46,565 nucleotides of DNA from an uncultured Gammaproteobacteria bacterium (GTDB lineage: Bacteria; Patescibacteriota; Microgenomatia; UBA12405; JAHJSD01), in the NCBI GenBank assembly GCA_964505765.1, contig CAZDJQ010000003.1, forward strand, positions 1 to 46,565, read 5' to 3'. Made by a program: the position numbers and the translations under genes. Of the stretch, positions 17,361 through 26,191 are shown one piece after another. A model generated the notes under the pieces. The model was not told where the DNA came from, did no database searches, and saw nothing but the letters and a program-made list of their open reading frames with translations. Positions within the stretch are counted from its first letter, which is position 1. Every line of letters begins with the position of its first letter.

Positions 17361-17645
17361 TATTGTTTTTTTATGACCAGGGGCTATCGAACTCTTGATA
17401 GTGCTGCTTTATCCTTTAAAACGGCATTTAATATAAATCTGGGATTTGTGAAGAGGATCGAAATAAAAACTCCTACAATGATTTCGAAATGCTGTGCCTT
17501 TTATTTCTTTTTCATGATTGAAATCACAATCCATTATCAAAATCAACTGTTCCCTTCAGAAATCAGAATTTAATTTGCCCTGATTTCCCTTCAAGCTAAC
17601 ACAATTGAATTGACAAGTCAATTGCGAAGTCATTCCTTATAGGGA

Positions 17646-17942
17646 CGGTTCATCACGGAAATGAGTATCTGAAGTTGCAAAAAGAGGGACACCGTATTAA
17701 ATTCCTCATAGTAAAAAACATTTTACAAAAAGGAGGAATAACGATGTCCCTATAACTATTGTATCATGCTTTGGGCATCCTCAATTATTTTATTTTTCCT
17801 ATATCAACCGCTAAAGTAGAGGGCACCAACAACCGCATAAAAGTGATCAAACGAAGAGCTTATGGCTATCGAGAGCTCGTCTACTTTAAGCTGAAAATCT
17901 ACAACTTATATGCCACTAGGTACTCATTATTGTGATGAACCG
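17646..17942 (+). mobile_element. ISL3-family derived miniature element (both inverted repeats plus the transposase 3' end only)
   Basis: The terminal inverted repeats are cggttcatcacggaaatgagta (17646-17667) and the reverse complement of 17921-17942, cggttcatcacaataatgagta (19 of 22 match). Inside, the plus strand reads ...VEGTNNRIKVIKRRAYGYRELVYFKLKIYNLYATRY, the conserved C-terminal end of ISL3 transposases. There is no intact transposase ORF. Confidence 0.6.
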
Positions 17943-17956
17943 AATTCTTAAACTAC

Positions 17957-19450
17957 CTAGCCGCCCAGAAGCTTAAGCGCTCGTTCTCTCATGGGGCCTT
18001 TTTTCTCTTGAACCACAAAGTTCAGGAAGTTTTGGGTGGGAGCAAGTGTTGAGTCCAATTCGCCGCTTTCTATGAGGGCGAGTGTGAAAAGAATGGCCTT
18101 ATCTGCGATTTCGGATGTCCTGGTTCCTCCGAAGTACATGTCCTCTACCTGTCCGGCTTTGACGTCGGGCGGATAGCCCTGCAGTGCCTCGGTTAGCCTG
18201 GCGAAAGCAGCGAGGGCGATTTCTCGAATCCCGCAGTGAGTGGCGGCATAGTCGAGCATACCGATTCTGGTTGATTTGTGAGAAATTTCCTGAATCTGAG
18301 CCAGAACCTGGCGGGCAGCTTCCACATCTTTGCTTTCCACCAGGATTTTCTGCATCTGTGCGATCTTTCGGGGATTGATTGCAACCCCAGCGCTTGTATA
18401 TGAAGGTTCTTTCTCCACCATTTGACGAAGCTGTTTCATTTCTTCCTTGGTCTTGTTCACTTCTTCCTTGAGTTCAAGTGGAGCTGTTGCTACATATTTT
18501 TGAAACGCTCCGAGGGCTTCTCTGAACCTACCCTGCTCCTTAAAAATCGACCCTTTGGTGCTCCACAACCGAAAGGATTGAGGGTAAAGATTGAGGCCTC
18601 TCTCTACACATTCCAGTGCTTCCCCTGATTTTCCCAACCCCATCAAGGCAAAAGCCTTTTCATCAAAGATCGTTTCCATGATTATGTTTGTTGTTGAAGG
18701 CAGCTTTTTGGCAAGATTGAACGCTCGATCGCAATCTACTAGTGCATCTTCAAACTTCTCTCGGGTATTTTTTTTGATGATTTGTTTTACCAGATTATCG
18801 AGCTCCTGACGTCGTCTCTTATCCAGCTCGCCGGCCGGACTAGCTGTGGAGTTTTCCAGTAATTTTTCTGCATCTTCGCGATAGGGATGGTCTGGAGGAG
18901 CCAAGCTCAAGAAACGCTTGACATCTTCGAGAGCTTTGTCTTGTTCTGAAAGCTGGCTGTGAGCAATGGCTCGGTTCCAGTATGAGAGCGGATCTTTGGG
19001 ATTAAGCATTATCGATTCATCCAGATCCTTAATGGCACGCTCATACCCTCTTAGGTCTGAAGATTCGGACGCAATTTGAATACGGACCACAGCTCTGTCA
19101 CAGTAGACAATGGAGGATTTCGGATTCAAAGCTAACGCACGGTCATACCAGGAGAGTGCCTCTCGATAACGGCCCAACTCTTTGCAAGCTTTTCCCATAC
19201 TTAAAACTGCGTTTAAAACCAGCTGAGGAGGACCCGAAGAACGAGCAACCCTCTCGAAATTCTTGGCGGCTTGTTCCAGGTCTCCTAACCTTGCCAGGGC
19301 CAAGCCCCGGCTGTAATAACAGACAAGGTTTTGCCCGCTCTCCAAAGCCTTGTTAAATGCTTTCACCGCATCTTCATATTTTCCGCTTCGATACAGTTCC
19401 TGACCCTTTTTGAAAAAAAGATCGAATTTTCCTTGTTTGCGGTCAAACAT
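17957..19450 (-). CDS. TPR-repeat protein
   Basis: 497 aa with multiple 34-aa TPR units (for example YEDAVKAFNKALE, YREALSWYDRALALNP, YERAIKDLDESIMLNP). Confidence 0.85.
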   Translation of the reverse strand: MFDRKQGKFDLFFKKGQELYRSGKYEDAVKAFNKALESGQNLVCYYSRGLALARLGDLEQAAKNFERVARSSGPPQLVLNAVLSMGKACKELGRYREALSWYDRALALNPKSSIVYCDRAVVRIQIASESSDLRGYERAIKDLDESIMLNPKDPLSYWNRAIAHSQLSEQDKALEDVKRFLSLAPPDHPYREDAEKLLENSTASPAGELDKRRRQELDNLVKQIIKKNTREKFEDALVDCDRAFNLAKKLPSTTNIIMETIFDEKAFALMGLGKSGEALECVERGLNLYPQSFRLWSTKGSIFKEQGRFREALGAFQKYVATAPLELKEEVNKTKEEMKQLRQMVEKEPSYTSAGVAINPRKIAQMQKILVESKDVEAARQVLAQIQEISHKSTRIGMLDYAATHCGIREIALAAFARLTEALQGYPPDVKAGQVEDMYFGGTRTSEIADKAILFTLALIESGELDSTLAPTQNFLNFVVQEKKGPMRERALKLLGG

Positions 19451-19491
19451 GGGATTCCAAATCGTTATTACCTCCTATTCCACCGGCTCTA

Positions 19492-21537
19492 TTACTCTAG
19501 ATAACAGTTTGTCACCTTGTAAGGGGGCTGAATGAGCCGAAGGAAATACAGATTTCCTCCTTCATCCCCTGCGGCCAGTAGGTTTATTTTTCCAAAAAAA
19601 TCACAACACAGGAGATCCCCGGCTGTAGGAAAAGATGCCAGTTCTTCTCCGTCAGCGACATTCCAAATCCTTATCATCCTGTCCCATCCTACAGAAGCCA
19701 CTTTTGTATCGTCTTCGCAGAATGAACAACTTCGAACCCCAGCAGAATGTCTTCCGATCACTCTACCCCAGCTTTCTCCGGTTACCGGCCAAATACGGAC
19801 TGATCCATCAAAGCTGGCCGAAGCGATACAGTCCCCGAGATGACTGAAGGCACACCGGAGCACATTATCTTTATGGCCCCGCAGAGTTGCAATGTTAGCC
19901 CGAGATCCAATATCCCAGAGCATTAAGGAGTTATCTGCGCTGCTCGAAACAATGGTTTTTCCATCAGGGGTGAAAGAGCAACAGTTGACGCCCCCTTCAT
20001 GGCCCCGGAAAACAGCCAGTTCTTTTTGTTTGGATACATCCCAGAGCCGAAGGGTACGGTCTTCCCCGCAGGAAACAACCCGATTCCCGTCGGGATGGAA
20101 TCTGCAGCAGTAAACCGATCCAAGATGGGCCCTCCAGCTTGCGATCTCTTTACGTTGTCCAGTATCCCAAAGGGCCAACCATCCATTTGCCCTTCCAGAA
20201 ATAATCATTGTTCCACTGGGATTGAAATCGAGGGAACATTCGAGGTTTCCCTCTAAAGTCACCAGTAGTTCCGCATTGCTAGGATTCCAAAGCCGAATTG
20301 TTTGGTCTAGGCCGGTGGATGCGAGCCGATCAGTACTGGAGCTGTAGTTACAGTCAAGGATACTGGCTTTATGGCCCTGAAGAAGGGGGATATTTTGACT
20401 TAAACCTTTCTCCCAAAGCTTGAGACTTCTGTCCTCGCTGGCAGATATCAGGTATCGGCCGTCGCGGGTGAAAGCACATGCAGTAACAGCCAAAGTATGG
20501 CCTTGATAGGATTCAATTTCGCGAGAAGAATCAACATCCCAAATTCGAATAATACCTCTGGAGCTTCCAGTGACTAAAGAGGATCCATCTGGATGAAAAC
20601 TGCAGGAGAGAATTTCTGCAGCCTCATCGGTGGAAGCTGGATCGCAAAGGCGGGCGACTTCATCGCCACTTTCAGAGTTCCACAGGCATGTGGATCCATC
20701 AGAGCACCCCGCAGCAATCAAAGTGCCATCAGGGCTGAAATCACAGCAGTAGATAGGTCCGAAGCCGCTCTTAATGGAAATGGCTCTTGCATCATATATC
20801 GATTGCAGAATCAAGATTCCGTTAGCGTCGGCTGAAGCCACTCGCTTACCGTCAGGGCTGAATTTACAGCAAAGAATTTCTTCCTGATGTTGGCTGTAGA
20901 CCCGTTCCTCGCATTCCTCCTCAACATCCCAGATCCTGAGAATGCTGTCCGATCCTCCTGACATCAATTTAGTTCCATCAGGACTAAAAGAGCAGCAGTA
21001 AACGGGAATCCCCGGTCCTGTGAATGAAGCTACTATGTTTGTTGAAGTTGTATCCCACAAAAGTATCTTGCCGCCGGAAGATCCCGATGCGATCAGTTTT
21101 CCGTCGGGACTCCATGCACAACTTAAGATTCTAGTGTTGGATTCTCTAAAGGTGATGGGTTCTTTGCCTTCTCTAATGTTCCAGAGTTTGAGTGAGCCAT
21201 CGTAGCTGCCCGAGACTATCTCTTGAACATCATAGGGACGGGGATGGCAGCAAGAAACAGCATCATTGTGACCTGAGAATTCACGGATCAAATTTTCCGA
21301 ATCAGGAGGTCTGCTGATTTGGTGAAGCCAAGCCTGAGCTCCTTTTGAGGTCTTTCGGACTAGCTCGCGGTGTATTGATTTCGATGCCTTTGGAAAACGT
21401 TTTATACAGGGGTTCCACTGAAGCCGGTTGTAGAGCTGCTGCCAAAGAAGGTTGGGGAGGCGACAAATAATGTGAGCCTCCCTCATTAAAGCACGGCGAA
21501 GAGCAGAGAGTACTTCCCTCTGATCGTTATAATCCAC
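19492..21537 (-). CDS. WD40-repeat protein with the same N-terminal adaptor helix, no C-terminal tail (W2)
   Basis: 681 aa with a GTG start. The N-terminus carries ICRLPNLLWQQLYNRLQW. WD40 repeats follow, ending in the closure motif GGNLYFLRL. There is no zinc finger. Confidence 0.9.
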   Translation of the reverse strand: MDYNDQREVLSALRRALMREAHIICRLPNLLWQQLYNRLQWNPCIKRFPKASKSIHRELVRKTSKGAQAWLHQISRPPDSENLIREFSGHNDAVSCCHPRPYDVQEIVSGSYDGSLKLWNIREGKEPITFRESNTRILSCAWSPDGKLIASGSSGGKILLWDTTSTNIVASFTGPGIPVYCCSFSPDGTKLMSGGSDSILRIWDVEEECEERVYSQHQEEILCCKFSPDGKRVASADANGILILQSIYDARAISIKSGFGPIYCCDFSPDGTLIAAGCSDGSTCLWNSESGDEVARLCDPASTDEAAEILSCSFHPDGSSLVTGSSRGIIRIWDVDSSREIESYQGHTLAVTACAFTRDGRYLISASEDRSLKLWEKGLSQNIPLLQGHKASILDCNYSSSTDRLASTGLDQTIRLWNPSNAELLVTLEGNLECSLDFNPSGTMIISGRANGWLALWDTGQRKEIASWRAHLGSVYCCRFHPDGNRVVSCGEDRTLRLWDVSKQKELAVFRGHEGGVNCCSFTPDGKTIVSSSADNSLMLWDIGSRANIATLRGHKDNVLRCAFSHLGDCIASASFDGSVRIWPVTGESWGRVIGRHSAGVRSCSFCEDDTKVASVGWDRMIRIWNVADGEELASFPTAGDLLCCDFFGKINLLAAGDEGGNLYFLRLIQPPYKVTNCYLE

Positions 21538-21759
21538 TGTATCGTTGATTTTAAATCCCTAATCAAATCAAGTGGTGTGAATTTTACCTTATTGAGGTGA
21601 TAATCATTTTCTTTATTACCGCCCTCGGAGCGATTTCATCGTACATAATACATATAAAATAATAGACCTGTCAACAAGAAACCCACAAAATGTGATAACA
21701 AAGCAATAGTGTCCCCATCAACTGCTAAGCTAAAATGTCTCCTTCGGAAAGGAGGCGGG

Positions 21760-21888
21760 CATGAAGGAGATAATAACATTGAGTATGAAAGAGATTCATC
21801 GGTTAAAAATTTTAGAACAAGTTTATGAAGGGGAACTTTCGTTAATTTCTTGTTCAGAGGTGTTAAAAAAAAGAGCTCAGGATTTATA
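21760..21888 (+). pseudogene. possible remnant of a transposase N-terminal HTH region
   Basis: MKEIITLSMKEIHRLKILEQVYEGELSLISCSEVLKKRAQDL* resembles the N-terminal HTH of ISNCY-type transposases (M.QKEL.R..V...V..G.L....AA..L). It is stopped early, and the following frame (21850..22080) has no convincing continuation. Confidence 0.3.
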
Positions 21889-22097
21889 AAAAAGTTTACC
21901 AGTGAAGAGCCACCTCTCTCTTATTTTGTTTATGAGCTGGTTCAGCATGAACATTTAGAGGAGAGTTGCAATTTTGGTCCAAAAATCAGTGTTCTAAGCG
22001 TAAAAAAAGAAATTATTATCTTTAATTTCCAATTTTTTAGTGAATTGAGACTTTTCAGTAACTACCCTTCATTAGACTGAAAAAAGGAACATGCCTT

Positions 22098-23471
22098 CTA
22101 ATACCGATAAAGATTAATTTTTCTTATGGATTGAGATTTGTCATTGCTTAATTTTATATCTTTCTCCACAAGCCGGTATCCATCTTTGTAAATATAGGCC
22201 TTTACATTTTGGTCTCTCGGAACATTAACAATAAAGAATCCGTCTTTATCGCTCTGGGCTACTTTAAAGAAAAATTCTCCATTTATGTAAGATTCAACAT
22301 CTTCTGAGATAATTTTTTGAGACAAATCTATTTCCAGCACCAGAGATATTTTTTCTTCCGAAACATTAAATCTATCGGAAATTTCTTTAATCGATAATCC
22401 CAGGTTGTTGAGTTCCTGAATAATATAGACAGCTTGAATTGCCTTTAATTTCTCATCAAGGTCTTTAATCTGTTTCAAAGTTCTATCCCGGCGGGCAACA
22501 ATAATTACTGCCGAAACCGGTTTATTGGAATGGCTTGATACAACTTTCCCGGTTAGGTAGGTATCGGTCAGTGTTTCGTCCATGTTGTAGTCACTTTGAA
22601 GCCACTTCAGTGGGATTTCGGGAGTCGAGAATCGATATTTCTGTTGAGCCACAGTAAAGACCTTTAAAGCCCAAGTTACAGGATAGATATACCCCATATC
22701 TGAACCGGCTATGGTAGGAGCTGATACTGCGGCAGGGATTCCGATATAAGCTTTCTCATTTAAAGCCGCCCCTCCGCTGCTCCCAGGCGACATAGCTGCA
22801 TTGGATTTGATAATACCGTTTAGTTCTTCATAGAGCTGGTCGTGGTAGTATCCCAGAAATTTCCCTTCCGTCATAGTCAAAGTAGCTCCTCCTACTCCCG
22901 GGTAACCTATAATAGTGATATCTTCATTGAGCTTCATTCCAAAAGGATTGCCGATATCAACATAAGAAAACTCTTTACTCACTGGATTTCCATCTTTGTC
23001 CTGGTCGATCAAAAAAAGGGCTGTATCCCTTTCCTCATCAAGAGCAATGGGAGTGGCTGAAAACTGCCATTCAGGCACTTTGAGAGGATCATTGTCTTTT
23101 AATCTGTAAACCATAATGGAAGGGCTGACCGGCTTGAATACAAAAAGAAGGTTATTTTCTTTGTCGTAGCGGATGTTATCTTCCATTCGGTAAATATGGT
23201 AATTGGTCAGGATTAGGCCATTTTTACTGATAATTGTTCCTGAACCCGTAGGCATCTTTTCCAATCCTTCCTTTATCAATTGGCCGTGCTTAATCACTTC
23301 GTCCAAATTCTTATTCATAATTGGATTTTTGTAGACAGATATTTTCATCAGATGCCCCAACCGAACAAAGGGCGTAAAATCAGAAGGAATATTATCATCG
23401 GGGCCCGAATAAGAAGGGAGGCTCAAGAAAATTAAAATAAGGACAGTTATTTTTATCTTTTTGCCGGTCAT
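22098..23471 (-). CDS. secreted trypsin-like (S1/PA clan) serine protease with a C-terminal beta-rich domain
   Basis: Signal peptide MTGKKIKITVLILIFLSLPSYS. Catalytic contexts are LTNYHIY (His), RDTALFLI (Asp) and SPGSSGGA (Ser). I chose the start at 23471, which has GAGGA 7 nt upstream. The ORF track start at 23522 would overlap the upstream gene by 41 nt. Confidence 0.78.
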   Translation of the reverse strand: MTGKKIKITVLILIFLSLPSYSGPDDNIPSDFTPFVRLGHLMKISVYKNPIMNKNLDEVIKHGQLIKEGLEKMPTGSGTIISKNGLILTNYHIYRMEDNIRYDKENNLLFVFKPVSPSIMVYRLKDNDPLKVPEWQFSATPIALDEERDTALFLIDQDKDGNPVSKEFSYVDIGNPFGMKLNEDITIIGYPGVGGATLTMTEGKFLGYYHDQLYEELNGIIKSNAAMSPGSSGGAALNEKAYIGIPAAVSAPTIAGSDMGYIYPVTWALKVFTVAQQKYRFSTPEIPLKWLQSDYNMDETLTDTYLTGKVVSSHSNKPVSAVIIVARRDRTLKQIKDLDEKLKAIQAVYIIQELNNLGLSIKEISDRFNVSEEKISLVLEIDLSQKIISEDVESYINGEFFFKVAQSDKDGFFIVNVPRDQNVKAYIYKDGYRLVEKDIKLSNDKSQSIRKINLYRY

Positions 23472-23481
23472 TTTCTTATCC

Positions 23482-24891
23482 TCATTCATTTTCCCATTTA
23501 AGGCTTTCCATAATTTTTTCATACATAGTCAGCCCCTCATCAAAGTCCCCAACTGAAGCGCGGTAGGTAAAAACAAATACATGGTTTTTGAAGGAAATGA
23601 TGTCCGCGTAAACTTTTTGCATTTGAGGAAATTCATGTCGGAGCGAATTCTTATTGGTTAAGTAGCTATAGGCAATTCTTTTCCCCTCCCTGCCTCCTGC
23701 TTTAATGTCCCTTACCATCAGGCTTTCGGTTTCAGTGGATTTTATATATTTTGTAAAATCCTGGATTTCATCTTGCGGCTCAATCGGATTGATCTCTACT
23801 GCAAAAGAAAATCCGGGTGAGGAATTCTCACCGGAAAAAAGTATTTTCGAATCTTCATCTAATAAAGCCGGAAAAGGAGTTATCAAAGAAGTTATCTCGG
23901 TTAAAGGAAATTGAGAAAAGGAGTGTGGATAGAAGAAAGAAATGCCATATTGGTCATTTTCATATTTTTCACCTTGCAGGCCTTTGGAGGAAAAAAGACA
24001 AGCTGAAATTAATAAAACAGTTGCAATCAGGACGGCCAGAAAATCAAATTTCGGAACAACCTGGATTTCTTCAAGAACATTTTTTTGGGTCAACTTTTTC
24101 ATTTTAAAATAGCAAAAAAGCAAAATGGTCAGGGCATAGAAAAGAGTGAGAAAAAAAGATAACCAGAAGGCATGTTCAAACCCTGAAAGAAAGATAAATT
24201 CATTAAGCAGGTAGTAAATTCCTAAAAGAATAATTCCGATCAATATCCCGAAAGAAGAAGAAACATCTGTTCCATGTTTTCTGAATTTTGCTTTTCCGAT
24301 AATATAACCCATCAATGAGCCCACACCGGAATAAATAAGAACATTGGTAGTAGCGGTGTAGGCAATAACAAACAGGGTGAAAGAGGGATGCGGCCATATA
24401 TCATAAATGCTTTTTACAAAAGCAAAGCCAGCCCCTACTATTGCTCCATAAACCATGCCGTCCACAATTTCGTCAAACTTTTCGAGCGGCAGGAAGCCGT
24501 AGCGAATAACAAGATAGAGCATTATACTGACCAGAGGAGCCATGACCAGAAATGAACCCAGCATAAAAAGAGAAGATGAAGCATACATCCATTCCTGAAT
24601 ACGAAAAATGATATGATATAAAGGAAAAGCGCCAAAACCGGCTGCTGCCATGCCGGCAATAAAAGATACCGCCAAATATGACAAAGGTTCAGGCTCTAAC
24701 CTGTCTTGAAGATAGAAAAATATAACCCAGATGATGCTCGGAATAAGTATTACGGCCACAAGCTGGATGAAACGCAGGCTTTCCCCGCTGCTCAGAGCAA
24801 TATTATAGCCCGCTAAATACACGGCCAACAAAAAAACAAATTGAAAAAATAAGTTGGTCTCCCCTGTCCTGAGGAAGCTTTTAAGCCTCAT
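23482..24891 (-). CDS. PrsW-family-like polytopic membrane protein with a C-terminal soluble domain; catalytic motifs not evident
   Basis: FYLQDRLEPEP and KFDEIVDGMVYGAIVGAGFAF match PrsW landmarks (YLKDQYDNEP, FDEHYDGIVYGASVSLGFA). I could not find the EExxK motif, and the expected His positions read N or L. Confidence 0.45.
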   Translation of the reverse strand: MRLKSFLRTGETNLFFQFVFLLAVYLAGYNIALSSGESLRFIQLVAVILIPSIIWVIFFYLQDRLEPEPLSYLAVSFIAGMAAAGFGAFPLYHIIFRIQEWMYASSSLFMLGSFLVMAPLVSIMLYLVIRYGFLPLEKFDEIVDGMVYGAIVGAGFAFVKSIYDIWPHPSFTLFVIAYTATTNVLIYSGVGSLMGYIIGKAKFRKHGTDVSSSFGILIGIILLGIYYLLNEFIFLSGFEHAFWLSFFLTLFYALTILLFCYFKMKKLTQKNVLEEIQVVPKFDFLAVLIATVLLISACLFSSKGLQGEKYENDQYGISFFYPHSFSQFPLTEITSLITPFPALLDEDSKILFSGENSSPGFSFAVEINPIEPQDEIQDFTKYIKSTETESLMVRDIKAGGREGKRIAYSYLTNKNSLRHEFPQMQKVYADIISFKNHVFVFTYRASVGDFDEGLTMYEKIMESLKWENE

Positions 24892-24953
24892 GGATTGTTC
24901 TCCTTAATTTTTTGAAAGGTTGCCGGAGGCTTTATGAATTTTCTCTTTTCACT

Positions 24954-25547
24954 TTATTTCTTGCGCTTTTCAATGATTGTGTCGATTAATCCGTATTTTA
25001 CTGCATCCTCTGGGGTTAGGTAAAAATCCCTGTCCGTATCCCGGGCAATAATCTCCATCGATTGGCCTGTGTGTTGAACCAATATTTCATTTATCCTCTT
25101 TTTTATCCTGTTCATCTCCTTGACCTGAATTTCCATGTCAGATGCCTGACCCTTTGCTCCTCCCAGAGGCTGGTGGATCAGCATCCTGGCGTTGGGAAAA
25201 GCCATCCTTTTCCCTTTTGTCCCTCCGGCCAGAAGAACAGCTCCCATTGAGGCTGCTTGACCTAAACAAATTGTAGCCACATCACAGGAAACATATTGCA
25301 TGGTGTCATAAATAGCCAGTCCTGCTGTAACTTCTCCCCCCGGGCTGTTTATATAGAAAAAGATGTCTTTATCAGGATCTTCAGATTCTAAATAAAAAAA
25401 CTGAGAAACAACAATATCGGCAACATCGTCGTTTATTATCCCCGTTAATAAGACAATTCGAGCCGACAGCAAGCGCGAATACAAATCAACTTGCCTGGCT
25501 CCCTGCGGTGTTTGCTCCACTACATAAGGAACTTTTATAAAAGCCAT
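24954..25547 (-). CDS. clpP: ATP-dependent Clp protease proteolytic subunit ClpP (paralog 2)
   Basis: 197 aa with [15 protein letters not shown] and [21 protein letters not shown]. By eye, most positions are identical to paralog 1. Confidence 0.93.
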   Translation of the reverse strand: MAFIKVPYVVEQTPQGARQVDLYSRLLSARIVLLTGIINDDVADIVVSQFFYLESEDPDKDIFFYINSPGGEVTAGLAIYDTMQYVSCDVATICLGQAASMGAVLLAGGTKGKRMAFPNARMLIHQPLGGAKGQASDMEIQVKEMNRIKKRINEILVQHTGQSMEIIARDTDRDFYLTPEDAVKYGLIDTIIEKRKK

Positions 25548-25583
25548 GTTTAAGTCTCCTCCTAGATTAGATCACTCGCCTGC

Positions 25584-26015
25584 TCACTGTTCCCCATACT
25601 TCTTGCCTCCGAATTGCGCTTTAATTTCATCATCGTATTTGTCTGCTATGTAAGCAACTGACTTAACAGCAACTTCAAGTTCTTTCCGGTTAAGAAAATC
25701 TCCTAGCAGAATATGCTCAAACAGGATTGCCTGCCGGTCCGGGTCAAGCGAAAATTTACCAAATACTACTTTTATATTCTCATAAGCCAAAAACTTTGTC
25801 AGCTCCCCAGTTATTTGAGCCCCGCGATTAACTACTGACACAACTCTAACAATAGTTTGCTCCTTAATCCAATCTACTGGAATTATAAATACCCGGGCAC
25901 TTCCGGCCTGAAGAATGTAATTGTTACGGTCGTCCTTAAGATACGAGCCGAAAGATTCTTTGAGATATTTTTCTATTGTAGACCTTAATGTTTTTACGGC
26001 ATCAGACGCTGCCAT
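25584..26015 (-). CDS. YbjN-like domain protein, paralog 2
   Basis: 143 aa, colinear with 6889..7320 (FGKFSL...FEHILLGDFLNRKELEVAVKSVAYIADKYDDEIKAQFGG). It lies 36 nt upstream of clpP paralog 2. Confidence 0.65.
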   Translation of the reverse strand: MAASDAVKTLRSTIEKYLKESFGSYLKDDRNNYILQAGSARVFIIPVDWIKEQTIVRVVSVVNRGAQITGELTKFLAYENIKVVFGKFSLDPDRQAILFEHILLGDFLNRKELEVAVKSVAYIADKYDDEIKAQFGGKKYGEQ

Positions 26016-26191
26016 TTTTTCACCTCCTTTTTATTTTTTGCTTTTGCCATGTAAAATCAGCGGAAAATATCTTATTTGCTGATTAACCAGTGTTATAACC
26101 ATATCAAACCAGAATTAAACATAGCAAGTAATTTATTCGTTAAATTCCATAGTTAACATAAGTCTGTTCATTATTGTCCCTGTCTCTGCTT

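Noticed and set aside
17581-17640. Palindrome aattgac-aa-gtcaatt with an embedded TTGACA/TTGACT, considered as a promoter or operator for the CaCA operon
   Set aside because: It lies about 230 nt from the start codon, has only a weak -10 candidate (TAGCTT) and is adjacent to the IS remnant. The support is insufficient to call it.
21850-22080. 76-aa plus-strand ORF downstream of the transposase-like HTH remnant
   Set aside because: It is only loosely reminiscent of a continuation of the HTH region in another frame, has low-complexity sequence and no catalytic motifs. It is most likely degraded sequence.
23472-23522. Longer start for the trypsin-like protease that overlaps the PrsW-like gene by 41 nt
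   Set aside because: The Met at 23471 is followed directly by a classical signal peptide and has GAGGA upstream. The extra 17 residues would bury the signal peptide.
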